Below, one piece after another: positions 40,992-50,976 of a stretch of 64,000 nt of DNA. A program made the translations under genes and the position numbers. This DNA comes from Promethearchaeota archaeon. Lineage in GTDB: Archaea > Asgardarchaeota > Lokiarchaeia > Sigyniarchaeales > SOKP01. Where the stretch lies: positions 448,001-512,000 of the forward strand of contig JAHPZA010000010.1 of the NCBI GenBank assembly GCA_019058445.1, read 5' to 3'. Numbering within the stretch: position 1 is the stretch's first letter; each line of letters starts with the position of its first letter. Below the pieces are notes generated by a model. That model saw only the letters and a list, made by a program, of their open reading frames with translations, had not been told where the DNA came from and did not search any database.

Positions 40992-42461
40992 TTATTTTAC
41001 CTTTCTTAGTTTTTTATAACCGCCAATTATAAGTGGTGGAGCTCTTTCAGCTTCATAGCTCTTTCCATCGGGATACGAGGGTTGAGTAGTATCTTTAAAG
41101 AGTGTCCCACAACCGAAAAAGGACCTGCCAGGATATTCAAAAAATTTTAAAATTCTCCCTGGAATCTTTTGGAGTGCTTTCGCTAGAGTTATATAAACAG
41201 AAACATCCTTATACAACTGAATAGGATCAATTTTATCCCAAGTATCCTCTGTAGTGAGCATTAAATCACTCATAACTTGCATACACATGCATGGAACTCC
41301 GATATTATCAAATGGTCCCATTTCGCATAATGTCCATATCCGATTTATAGGAAGTACAAACGGCATTCTTCTATTTTTTAGCATTGAAAAATAGGTTAGA
41401 ATATAGATTATAAAATTATCTGATGTCAAACCTAATCTCATGGGAAACTTTTTTCTGCTAATTTTTTTACGTTCTACATAAATTGGGGCAGATATATGGT
41501 CCATCCATAGCATAGCTACCAAATTTGGCATAAAATCTTTATATTTTTCTATAAAACAAAGCGAAGATATATTGCAATTCAACCACACATGAGAGCCTGA
41601 AAATAAAAAGAGCATAGTCTTAGGTCTCTTTTTTATAGGGAGTTCTGAGAATTTACGGGCTAGTTCAAGTTCTCCGACAACTCCTACAGTATCACATATA
41701 GCCCCATCAAATGTAGAACAATAATGGGAATCAATTACTATCGTTTCCTTTTTGAGGCCAGGTAGGAGTCCTACAACAGTCCATACAGTGGAAACCTTTC
41801 TCTTTCCGTTAATATGTAATTGAGCTTTTACTTCTCCTTTTGAAAGCAGATCTTTGACGCATAGCGCATCTTTTCTACCAATATGGAGTACAGGCAACAT
41901 AAATTGTCTATCTTCTCCAATTTCTGCTGGTCCCGGAATATTACTTCCACCAGTAGGATTAATCCCAGGTTCAAGTATTTTAAGTGAATTTCCTGGAGTA
42001 TCTAAGAAATATCCCACCATACCTGCTGCTCCATGTGTCCAAGCAAGGTCATAAGAAGCGAGCAGTGGATATCGTTTTTTAAATCCACAAGGCCCTTCAT
42101 GGTCAGTTAATTTTCCCCAATTTATTAAAACAATTTTTCCTTTCACATCTTTCCCTTTATAATCTTTATTAGTTCCTCTACCCACATCAATTAACTCTGC
42201 GTTTACCGTTCCAAATCCCACATTATTCTGAGGACTTGAGATCATAATTTTCTTTTCTGGTGATTCTATACGAAATTCCCAATCTTGGTGAAATACACCA
42301 TTAAAATTAATAGGTTCGAGCCATGTCTTCAGACCAAAAATCCGTAATTTTTCAACAATAAGATCTCTAACTTTATCTATATTATTTGTTCCCGGAATTC
42401 TAGGAGAAAATTTAGATATTTCTCTACCCCATTGATACATATCATTTCTCAAACTATCCAT
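40992..42461 (-). CDS. PA-domain M28-like peptidase (metal ligands divergent)
   Basis: DVGRGTNKDYKGKDVKGKIVL (PA domain), SHYCS, GAICD. Confidence 0.65.
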   Translation of the reverse strand: MDSLRNDMYQWGREISKFSPRIPGTNNIDKVRDLIVEKLRIFGLKTWLEPINFNGVFHQDWEFRIESPEKKIMISSPQNNVGFGTVNAELIDVGRGTNKDYKGKDVKGKIVLINWGKLTDHEGPCGFKKRYPLLASYDLAWTHGAAGMVGYFLDTPGNSLKILEPGINPTGGSNIPGPAEIGEDRQFMLPVLHIGRKDALCVKDLLSKGEVKAQLHINGKRKVSTVWTVVGLLPGLKKETIVIDSHYCSTFDGAICDTVGVVGELELARKFSELPIKKRPKTMLFLFSGSHVWLNCNISSLCFIEKYKDFMPNLVAMLWMDHISAPIYVERKKISRKKFPMRLGLTSDNFIIYILTYFSMLKNRRMPFVLPINRIWTLCEMGPFDNIGVPCMCMQVMSDLMLTTEDTWDKIDPIQLYKDVSVYITLAKALQKIPGRILKFFEYPGRSFFGCGTLFKDTTQPSYPDGKSYEAERAPPLIIGGYKKLRKVK

Positions 42462-42681
42462 GATTAACTGCCTTGCTTTTAAGTTTTTTATTTTTTTGTT
42501 TATTATAGGTTTTGTTAAAAGTAAATATAATATTAATAAAGTGAAGAAAACAAAATTGATAAAAAATATTAATTTACCCTTTTAAAACTTAAATTGAAAG
42601 AAGGTTTGAGATAAGTAAATAAGAAAAATATAGAAAAAAAATAATAATAATTTAAGTTATATTAGCGACCACGCTATCTTT

Positions 42682-42900
42682 CTATTTATATTTAATAGAA
42701 AGTAAAAGATCATTCTTAGTAATTTTCTTTCTGTTCGCATGCATGGTAAAGGCTCGAGCTTGTTCAGTTAATCCAGTTGCTGTTTTTTCAAGATGATCAA
42801 TTAGCAGATTTACTGCGTTTCGAGCGACGATTGACGCGCCTTGTTGTTTCATAAGCCTTCGAATTGGGCTCCATGCGAATGCATGTTTCTTTTTAGCCAT
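42682..42900 (-). CDS. Archaeal histone (HMf-like fold) with short Lys-rich N-tail
   Basis: PIRRLMK…GA…HANRKKITKND; GGAGG RBS. Confidence 0.92.
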   Translation of the reverse strand: MAKKKHAFAWSPIRRLMKQQGASIVARNAVNLLIDHLEKTATGLTEQARAFTMHANRKKITKNDLLLSIKYK

Positions 42901-43603
42901 TTTTTATTCCTCCATCCACAAATTTTTTAAAGTTTTTATTTTTAATTTTTTTTTAATTTATTTTAAAGTGTTCTTAGTTATTAATATAATCGAAGCTGTA
43001 TTTAAACTTATTGGAGAATGAGTAAATTCACACGAAGTTAAATCAAAAAAATATTGACAATATTCTTTATATCCACTCAAGTTTATAAATATTCTTATGA
43101 TTATGGATATGATCATATTACAAAATTTGAATTAGATTTTTTATAATAAAAATAATTGATATTTGGAAGTTGGTAAAATTGTATTCTTATTTTATTTCAT
43201 TAATATTTTATGGAGAATTAAAAAATTTTAAATAAAAACTTTTAATCCCGAATCTATGTTAAAGACTTAAATACCCGGTATATAAATTTATGTGATAAAT
43301 TAGATAATTAGTATAAATAGTTTTCAAAATTAGAATAAGGATAATCATAGTAACTCAATCATATACGAACGTATAAATTACATGATATATTAATTTAGAA
43401 CCAAAAATAAGTTTTAATTTAGAGATTTATATCATTAATTCGATATTATACATGATTAAAGGTATATTATAAAGTAATTTTGACTATATATTGCCAGAGT
43501 TACAATGAAATTATAAATTAAAACAAAAATTTTAATTAAGCTTAATATCTTTAATCTATTAAATAATTCAATAAACCAAGTATTATCAGAAAAGGTAGAA
43601 AAA

Positions 43604-44224
43604 ATGGCACAACAAATTATGGTTCCAGGTGCGTGTGGAGTAGCAATAAAGTGTAAAGATGGAGTTGTTCTTGGAAATGATCGAAGAGCGACTTGGGGGT
43701 ATACTGTTACGAATAAATCTACAAGAAAGGTATTTAAAATAACAGACCACATAGGACTCACAGCATACGGATTAATTGGGGACTTTCAGTTATTAGTTAA
43801 AATTTTAAGAGCTCAAGCGAATCTATATGAATTAGATGCAGGGGAAAGAATTTCCACTAAGAGTATGGGAAAATTGGTTTCTAATTACCTCTACTCCAGA
43901 AAAATGTACCCCTTATATACAAACTTAGTTATCGCTGGAATGGAAATAGATGGTATCCCTTCCCTATATACTTTGGATGCCATAGGTTCTTTAATGCCTG
44001 ATGATTATGGCACTGCCGGAACCGGGATGCTATTATCAATTGGAATTTTAGAAGCGGAATATAAGCCTGATATAACTGTTGCGGAGGGTGAAAAATTGGT
44101 GGAAAAGACAATCAGAAATTCAATAACGAGGGATGCGATGAGCGGAAATGGTATAGACATTTTGACTATTACTAAAGATGGTGCCAAAGAAAAGTATATC
44201 GATATTAACGAATTAGGAGAATAA
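43604..44224 (+). CDS. psmB: Proteasome beta subunit lacking the catalytic Thr1
   Basis: DGVVLGNDRRAT, KVFKI, GLIGD, RDAMSGNG; PG-ACG in place of G-TTT. Confidence 0.92.
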   Translation: MAQQIMVPGACGVAIKCKDGVVLGNDRRATWGYTVTNKSTRKVFKITDHIGLTAYGLIGDFQLLVKILRAQANLYELDAGERISTKSMGKLVSNYLYSRKMYPLYTNLVIAGMEIDGIPSLYTLDAIGSLMPDDYGTAGTGMLLSIGILEAEYKPDITVAEGEKLVEKTIRNSITRDAMSGNGIDILTITKDGAKEKYIDINELGE

Positions 44225-44283
44225 TTAGGTAATTCACTCTTTTTAATAATTAGGTTTAAAAAATTTCATTTTGATTTGGCTTT

Positions 44284-46371
44284 TTGAATGGTGCTTTTAA
44301 TTTGAGATTAATTAATAACAATTTTAACGATATTGAAGAAATAAACGGATTTTCGAAAGAAGAATTAATTGATATTAAAAGAAAACTAACAAAATTAAAC
44401 TTAGATAAAGCGGATCAAACAGAAATTGAAGGATATCTCTCTGAGAAATTTTCAAGTGAAATAATTGAGTTTTATTCTAATTATCTGAATGAAATAAAAA
44501 CCTTTATTTTTGAAAATCTATTATCGACAACGGATTCTCAAAATAGAATAAATTTTAATCACTTTCCTCTAAAATCTGGAATTAAAAATGAGATTAAAAA
44601 AATATATAATAATTTATTGAATTTAAAGGTAAATGCTCAAAATACGAAGAGATTTTTAAAGAATAGTGCTTTCCTTGATGAGTTGTTAATAACGATCCAA
44701 GATATCATGAAAGAATATCAGGATTTAACTTCTCAATTAAATGTTCCAGAAAATAGAGTTACGGATATTTATGATAATTATGCCTATATCTGGATTGAAA
44801 TTAATAAATTAAAAAATCAATACTTTAAAATCAATAACTTGACAGAAGATTTAACAAATTGGGATGAGTTCCAAGGGTTTTATGAATGTATTAGAAATAA
44901 TATCATCGAATCTACTAAAAAAAAAGAGCGCAAGAAAAAAAATTTCATCATAACTACCCATTTTAATGATATTTATTCATATTTCAGCAAGTTAAAAGGA
45001 GAAAATCCCGATATCTATACAGATTTAATCGCTTTCTTATACAATATAAATCTAATTGAGGAGTTTAAAGAAAAAATAGAGGATCTTGATGAATATGTAA
45101 ATATTCTTGATAGAAAGGAAATTAAAAATAGAATTAAATCTTTAATGAATCCAATAATTAAAAAGTTAATTGAGGATAAAATAAAAGGAACTTTAAACGA
45201 AATTATTGAATTAGATAAAACTTCCAGATTAGGAGATCAGAAAAAAGACATAAACATAAAGAGGGTTTTAGAACAGAAAATTGGTACGTATTTACCTCAA
45301 ATAATTGATTATTATTTAAAAGGATTAGAAAATAAGTATCAAGCTGCTATTAGTGATTTAAAGGGATATGATGAATTTAAAAATGTGGCAAAATTTTATT
45401 CTGAAAAAATAGATATTCTCAATTCTCAAGTTGAGGAAATAGAAAATTATTTTGCTAATTACACTTTAATTTTAAAACCTTATGAGGATATCATAAATAA
45501 ACATAAGAAAACTCTTTCGAATATAACTTCTGAAATTGAAAGAAGGAAAAATGAATATTTATTTTACCTCAAAACTATAAGAAAGGAAAGATTGAGGGAT
45601 AATATAAGAACATTTATTTTTGAGAAAATAACAGAAGTTAATACTTTAATGAGTAAATATCAAGATGAAACTTCACTGATTGTAAGGGAAGAATTTCCTC
45701 AGCTAAAAAAAATGCAAAATATTCTTAGTGAATACAAAGTAAATATTCAAAAAATAAAAGATGAAGTATATCAAAAAATAGATTCTTTTAAAGAAAAAGA
45801 CATTGATATCTATCAAATTATTAAGCAATGGGAGGATAATTTTACACTTAAAAAACAGCAATTAAGTTTTCTCCTGAGTCTGTTAATAAATAAATTGTTT
45901 AAAAGTTTTAAGGATATGATTGAAGAAGAAAAATTGTTATATGAGCACATTACTGATATTACTAATCAAAACGAGAATTATGATAATCTTCCCTTAAATT
46001 TCGCTATATCAAATCTTTTAGTTGACAAATTAACTGAAGATGAATTAGATGAAAGAATTAACGAGATTCACTCAAAAATTGAAAACCTCAATAAAGAAAT
46101 AGAACTTTACAGAGCAGAACTCTCCAATTTAAAAAGAACTTTAGCAAATAAGGTAAAGATCAGAGAGGGAATAACTAGTGATGATATCCAATGCGGTGTC
46201 TGCCGAAAAAAGTTTGATTTTTCGAAAGATAAAATAATAAAATGTCCGTTTTGCGGTGCTGTATTTCATTATTTATGCGTTGCGTCATGGCTCAGTAAAC
46301 ACAACGCTTGCCCTTCATGTCAGAATACTTTTCTTGATCCAAATGCAGGTATTTATTCTGATCAAGAATAA
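44284..46371 (+). CDS. Coiled-coil protein with C-terminal RING finger, putative E3 ligase
   Basis: C-x2-C-x13-C-x2-C-x4-H-x2-C-x3-W-x6-C-x2-C. Confidence 0.8.
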   Translation: MNGAFNLRLINNNFNDIEEINGFSKEELIDIKRKLTKLNLDKADQTEIEGYLSEKFSSEIIEFYSNYLNEIKTFIFENLLSTTDSQNRINFNHFPLKSGIKNEIKKIYNNLLNLKVNAQNTKRFLKNSAFLDELLITIQDIMKEYQDLTSQLNVPENRVTDIYDNYAYIWIEINKLKNQYFKINNLTEDLTNWDEFQGFYECIRNNIIESTKKKERKKKNFIITTHFNDIYSYFSKLKGENPDIYTDLIAFLYNINLIEEFKEKIEDLDEYVNILDRKEIKNRIKSLMNPIIKKLIEDKIKGTLNEIIELDKTSRLGDQKKDINIKRVLEQKIGTYLPQIIDYYLKGLENKYQAAISDLKGYDEFKNVAKFYSEKIDILNSQVEEIENYFANYTLILKPYEDIINKHKKTLSNITSEIERRKNEYLFYLKTIRKERLRDNIRTFIFEKITEVNTLMSKYQDETSLIVREEFPQLKKMQNILSEYKVNIQKIKDEVYQKIDSFKEKDIDIYQIIKQWEDNFTLKKQQLSFLLSLLINKLFKSFKDMIEEEKLLYEHITDITNQNENYDNLPLNFAISNLLVDKLTEDELDERINEIHSKIENLNKEIELYRAELSNLKRTLANKVKIREGITSDDIQCGVCRKKFDFSKDKIIKCPFCGAVFHYLCVASWLSKHNACPSCQNTFLDPNAGIYSDQE

Positions 46372-46397
46372 GAACTAACTAAAATAAATCAAATAAA

Positions 46398-47588
46398 TCA
46401 ATATTTATATTTTGGAGGTGTTTTACTCTTAATATTATTATGAGGAGTTTTACTTTTAATATGATCTTTTTGTATTGCTTTAAATTTTTTTATCTCTGTG
46501 TCCAATCTCTTTTTTTCTTGCTGCAATTGCGCTTTCTCTTGATCTAATTTCTTTCTTTCGCGTTGTATATTCTTTTTTTCATTATTTATATTATTTTTTT
46601 CTTTTTCTATTCGATTTTTTTCACTCTCATTATAAGATTGAATTTTCTCTTTTTCATGTTGTAATCTTCTTAATTCATTTTTTAAACGTTCGATTTTATT
46701 CTCTAAATCTCGTGCCTTATTTTCTAATGAGCCTTTTCTTTTTTCTAATCCCGGGATTTTATTTCGTATATTTTTTACGAGAGCCTCCTCATTTTTTCTA
46801 TCTCTACCCAACGTCTGTTTTTCTCTGTTAATTTCATTTTTCAAGCTTTCTAACTCAATAGTTTTCTTTTTCATATCTTTTAATTTCTTATTGAGATCAT
46901 CGGTTTTTTTCCTAAGATTTTCTCTAGCATCTTTAAGTTTTTTCTTTTCGGCATTAATTAGAGCTTGGCTATTTATTACTTCTTTACGTATACTATCTAA
47001 TTCGTTTTTTAAACGGTTTCTATCATTTGAAAGGTGATCAATTTCAGTTGTTAAATTATCTACTTCTTTCTCTAGTTTAAATTTCTTGTTTTCCAGATCA
47101 TTTCCTCTTTTTTCTAACCCAGGGATTTTAGTTTTTATTTCTGTTAATTGCTTTCCTCTTTTTTGCTTTTCAAAATCCCAATCCTTTTTCTCATTATTAA
47201 TATCATCTCTTACCTTGTTTAACTCATCTCTTTGCTTATTAATTTCATTTATGATATTAGCATATTCCTGTTTCTTTCCTTGAATTTTTTTATTTCCATC
47301 ATTGATTATTTTTTTAATATTATCTAATTCGTTAGCTAATTGATCCTTTTCATAAATTAATTCCTTAATTTCATTTTCTCTTTCCTTTCTTTTTCTTTCT
47401 AAATCTTTAATCGCTTCTTGATATCCTTGTATTTTACTAACTATATTTTCCCATTCCCTACGTTCTTCTTCCAATTTTTGGCGCTCGAACTTAATTTTTT
47501 TGAGCAAAGTTTTATCAGCAGTTAATATTTCTTCTTTCTCAGGAGTTTTTTCTTGGATTTGATACTTAGGAGGTTTGTTATTCTTCAT
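46398..47588 (-). CDS. Long coiled-coil protein with internal duplication
   Basis: Continuous heptads; KIPGLEKR…LENK occurs twice. Confidence 0.75.
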   Translation of the reverse strand: MKNNKPPKYQIQEKTPEKEEILTADKTLLKKIKFERQKLEEERREWENIVSKIQGYQEAIKDLERKRKERENEIKELIYEKDQLANELDNIKKIINDGNKKIQGKKQEYANIINEINKQRDELNKVRDDINNEKKDWDFEKQKRGKQLTEIKTKIPGLEKRGNDLENKKFKLEKEVDNLTTEIDHLSNDRNRLKNELDSIRKEVINSQALINAEKKKLKDARENLRKKTDDLNKKLKDMKKKTIELESLKNEINREKQTLGRDRKNEEALVKNIRNKIPGLEKRKGSLENKARDLENKIERLKNELRRLQHEKEKIQSYNESEKNRIEKEKNNINNEKKNIQRERKKLDQEKAQLQQEKKRLDTEIKKFKAIQKDHIKSKTPHNNIKSKTPPKYKY

Positions 47589-47797
47589 TTGTTTTTATTC
47601 CTTAAAGATATATTTATTAATATAAATTCTAATTTATTATATCAAGGTACTCGATATATTTATAAAAGATACAGTCAAAACTAAATAATTATAATAAATG
47701 ACTTTATTTATATAGTCGAGCTCTTATTATTTATATACTAGTATAAATATAAATAGGTATTTTATAGCTAAAATAAAGAAAAAAAAGGTTGATTATT

Positions 47798-48139
47798 ATG
47801 GGTTTTGATGATGAATTTGATGAGGATTTAGGAGAACCTGAGGAAAAGACCCCTATGAAGTCTAAAACTCCATCGACTCCCCCAGCAGGGGGAAAGAAGA
47901 TGAATCTCTACTTTACATCTACAATTGGACCTGGTGAGAAGCGACAGAAATTATTAGTTGATGACGGTAATACCGTCGGTGCTGTTAAACAGACAATTGG
48001 CAATATTTTTGGATTAGATCCAGCAGATTTTCATTTATCTTCGGGAGGAGTTACAATGGATGATAGCTCTCCTTTAAGCTCATATAATGTAAATGATGGC
48101 GATGAAGTACTTTTAATACCAGCAAGTACTGCTGGTTAG
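47798..48139 (+). CDS. Ubiquitin-like modifier with disordered N-tail and C-terminal Ala-Gly
   Basis: Beta-grasp pattern TVGAVKQTI…FHLSSGG…LSSYNVNDGDEVLLIPASTAG*; directly upstream of E1. Confidence 0.88.
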   Translation: MGFDDEFDEDLGEPEEKTPMKSKTPSTPPAGGKKMNLYFTSTIGPGEKRQKLLVDDGNTVGAVKQTIGNIFGLDPADFHLSSGGVTMDDSSPLSSYNVNDGDEVLLIPASTAG

Positions 48140-48256
48140 TTTAGTTATGAAAATTAGATTAATGATATCTAATAAAAAACTCTACATTTTTTTTTATTTT
48201 TAAATATATTTTTAAATTAAGATTTTTATATATATAAAAGGTTAAGATAAGATTAG

Positions 48257-49489
48257 GTGGAAGATTTGGAAGAGGATTCTAATTTTTTTAGTAAAGAATT
48301 AACACCAGACGAGAGAGATCTGTATGATCGTCAGTTTAGATTGGAAGGATGGGATCAAAAACTAATTAAAAATTCACGAGTATTGATAGCGGGGGTAGGA
48401 GGATTAGGTTGTGAAATTGCTAAGAATTTGGCTATGTTGGGAGTGGGTCATCTTGACTTAGTAGATTTAGATATAATAGAACATTCGAATTTGAATCGAC
48501 AAATCCTCTTTACTGAGGCAAAAATGGGTGAGGCAAAAGCTGTAGTTGCCGCGAGAAAATTAACACAAATTAATCCAAACATTACAATTAAAGGTTATCA
48601 CAGTTCATTAGAAAGGCTCGATCCTGCGATTTATAAAGCAGCTGATGTTATTATCGGAGGTTTAGATTCGATGAATGCGAGACTTAATTTAAATGCTCAG
48701 TGTGTACGATTTAAAAAACCGCTTATCGATGGAGGTGTTGCGGGGTATAATGGACATATCTATACAGTTTACCCTTACGAAAACGCCTGTTATGAATGTG
48801 ATCCGCTTCCAGTTGCAGATATGGATGAAATGGCCGCATGCACTGTAGTGGGTGTCCCTAGAAAACGGGTTCACTGTATTTTTAAGGCAAATATGCTTTT
48901 CAAGGATGAAAATGATAGAGATCCTGATCCAAAAAATATAGAAGATGTAAATTTAATTCAAAATGAAGCAAACAAATTTGCTCAGAAACATAATTTTTTA
49001 CCGCTATTTTCAAAAGCAGATATTATTAAAATCATAGATAGACATGATCCTGGGATAATTACGATAAATTCAATTATATCTGCACTTCAATCGCATGAAA
49101 CCATCAAGGTTTTGCATTGGTTGAAAGGAAATAACGCGTTGGGAGAGCCTATCAAGTCCTATATTATTTTTAATGGAATGACCATGAAATTTTTCCCTAT
49201 TGAAAAGAAAAGAAATTTACAATGTCTCCAATGTGGTGACGAGGTACGGAGGGTAGTAATTGAAATTAATCGCAATACCAGTTGTGAGAAAATTGTAAAT
49301 AAGTTAGAAAAGATGGGATTTAATAAAAATCCGGAAATGGAGCCAACTTTAACAATAATGGACTTCAATAATATAAATATAATAGATACTGATCTTACGC
49401 CTATTGAAAATGATTTAAGAGATTTAGAATTGATAACAGCCGTAGGTTTTGATGGGGGAGAAATTTTTATAACTCTAAAAATCGTATAA
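48257..49489 (+). CDS. Ubiquitin-like activating enzyme E1 (UBA3-like monomeric)
   Basis: YDRQ, GVGGLG, DLDIIEHSNLNRQ, CYEC, probable catalytic ACTVVGVPR…HC, CLQC. Confidence 0.93.
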   Translation: MEDLEEDSNFFSKELTPDERDLYDRQFRLEGWDQKLIKNSRVLIAGVGGLGCEIAKNLAMLGVGHLDLVDLDIIEHSNLNRQILFTEAKMGEAKAVVAARKLTQINPNITIKGYHSSLERLDPAIYKAADVIIGGLDSMNARLNLNAQCVRFKKPLIDGGVAGYNGHIYTVYPYENACYECDPLPVADMDEMAACTVVGVPRKRVHCIFKANMLFKDENDRDPDPKNIEDVNLIQNEANKFAQKHNFLPLFSKADIIKIIDRHDPGIITINSIISALQSHETIKVLHWLKGNNALGEPIKSYIIFNGMTMKFFPIEKKRNLQCLQCGDEVRRVVIEINRNTSCEKIVNKLEKMGFNKNPEMEPTLTIMDFNNINIIDTDLTPIENDLRDLELITAVGFDGGEIFITLKIV

Positions 49490-49591
49490 ATTTTATTTAA
49501 ATTTCTTGTTTTAATTTAATTTATAATTGGTTATTATTATATTATATTCATAAGAAAATTAATAAAAAAATCAGAGGTTTGATAAAATAAA

Positions 49592-50119
49592 ATGAGTTTA
49601 AGAAGTAGTCGAGTTTCTCAGGATTTTGCTTCGCTTAAAAAGTTACTTAAGGATGGAACCATCGCTCAACTAAAACCTTTTAATCCAAAACAGAAAAGTA
49701 TTGATCATTTAGCTGTCCTGCTTAAAGGTCCTAAGGGGACCGCTTATCAAGGAGGAGTATTTAAACTGGAAATCAAATATCCCCCTACGTATCCCAGACA
49801 TCCACCATTCGTTCGCTTACATACTCCTATTTGGCATCCTAATTTTTGGCCAAAACCTTCTGAGTATCCTGGTCAGCGAAATATTTGTCTAGCGCTCGTA
49901 GATCCGAGTTTAGTAGGGAAAAAAGGAGGTTGGAGCCCATCAAAAACAATTGTCACTGTAATACAAGCAATTACAGCAATGTTTAATACGCGAGGTTTAT
50001 TCATTAATCCTACTGATGTATTTAACAAAAAAGCAGCTCTCGAAATGATGAATGATCGCAAAAATTTTGAGAAAAAGGTAAAGCATTTAGTTAAGAAGTA
50101 TGCTAATCAAAAATGGTGA
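49592..50119 (+). CDS. Ubiquitin-conjugating enzyme E2
   Basis: GPKGTAYQGGVF, YPRHPP, WHPN…NICL, WSPS. Confidence 0.95.
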   Translation: MSLRSSRVSQDFASLKKLLKDGTIAQLKPFNPKQKSIDHLAVLLKGPKGTAYQGGVFKLEIKYPPTYPRHPPFVRLHTPIWHPNFWPKPSEYPGQRNICLALVDPSLVGKKGGWSPSKTIVTVIQAITAMFNTRGLFINPTDVFNKKAALEMMNDRKNFEKKVKHLVKKYANQKW

Positions 50120-50940
50120 ATAGAAAAATGGAAAATGAAAAATCTGATGAAGATGCCATTAAAGAGGCCATAAAAAAGAGAATTAAAAATAAAATTAAGA
50201 AAGAACTATTGGAAGAAATCTATAATGAATTAAAGTTGGAGGAAGATGAATTAGCCGATGAGATTTCTTCATCACTTAGTAAAAATACAAAGAAAATTCC
50301 TACAGAATTACCCCTTTCCACAGAGATAATAAATGATATTAAAACTGAAGAAGTTGCGCCAAAAGATTTAGAAGATGATAAAACAGTAACTATATCAGTG
50401 AAGGCTATTCTCAAAATTGCCAGCCATGCACTGAAATATGCAAATCCAAATATTTCAAAAGATAAATGGGTTGAAGTCATTGGACTTTTGGCAGGTAAGC
50501 AGTATAATTACGGGCCTAAACTCCATATTGAAGATGCTTACCCTATGGGGCACGGCACTGCTGTTTATGCGGAAATTAAAGATTATAAAAATTTTGTAAG
50601 AGCGTTCAATGATATTAAGAAAAAGAAATTATTTATCTGTGGATGGTATCACTCTCATCCGTCATACGGAACATGGATGAGTGATGAAGATATTGGGACT
50701 CAAGCACGATATCAGAAGTTATGGGATAAAGCAATCGCACTTGTGGTTGATCCTTATCAAATTGATGGGACTTCATTAGGTTTTGATATTTTCAGAGCTA
50801 ATTTAAACACGAAAAAGTGGTTTTCTATACCATTTAGCGTCGAGGGTTCGCTTGATGTAAGATTATTACCTGAAATTTTAAATTTTATGAATCCTATAAT
50901 CGAGGGAAAGGCAGCATATCTCGAATATGATGAAGATTGA
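50113..50940 (+). CDS. JAMM/MPN+ isopeptidase (Rpn11/CSN5-like)
   Basis: EVIGLLAG, GWYHSHPSYGTWMSDED, VVDP. Confidence 0.93.
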   Translation: MVNRKMENEKSDEDAIKEAIKKRIKNKIKKELLEEIYNELKLEEDELADEISSSLSKNTKKIPTELPLSTEIINDIKTEEVAPKDLEDDKTVTISVKAILKIASHALKYANPNISKDKWVEVIGLLAGKQYNYGPKLHIEDAYPMGHGTAVYAEIKDYKNFVRAFNDIKKKKLFICGWYHSHPSYGTWMSDEDIGTQARYQKLWDKAIALVVDPYQIDGTSLGFDIFRANLNTKKWFSIPFSVEGSLDVRLLPEILNFMNPIIEGKAAYLEYDED

Positions 50941-50976
50941 TTTTAAAGTAGCAACTAGGAATTTGGTGAGCATTTT

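Noticed and set aside
42901-43603. Long AT-rich intergenic region as replication origin or ncRNA
   Set aside because: No repeated ORB-like boxes, no adjacent cdc6/orc1, no convincing stem; compatible with divergent promoters
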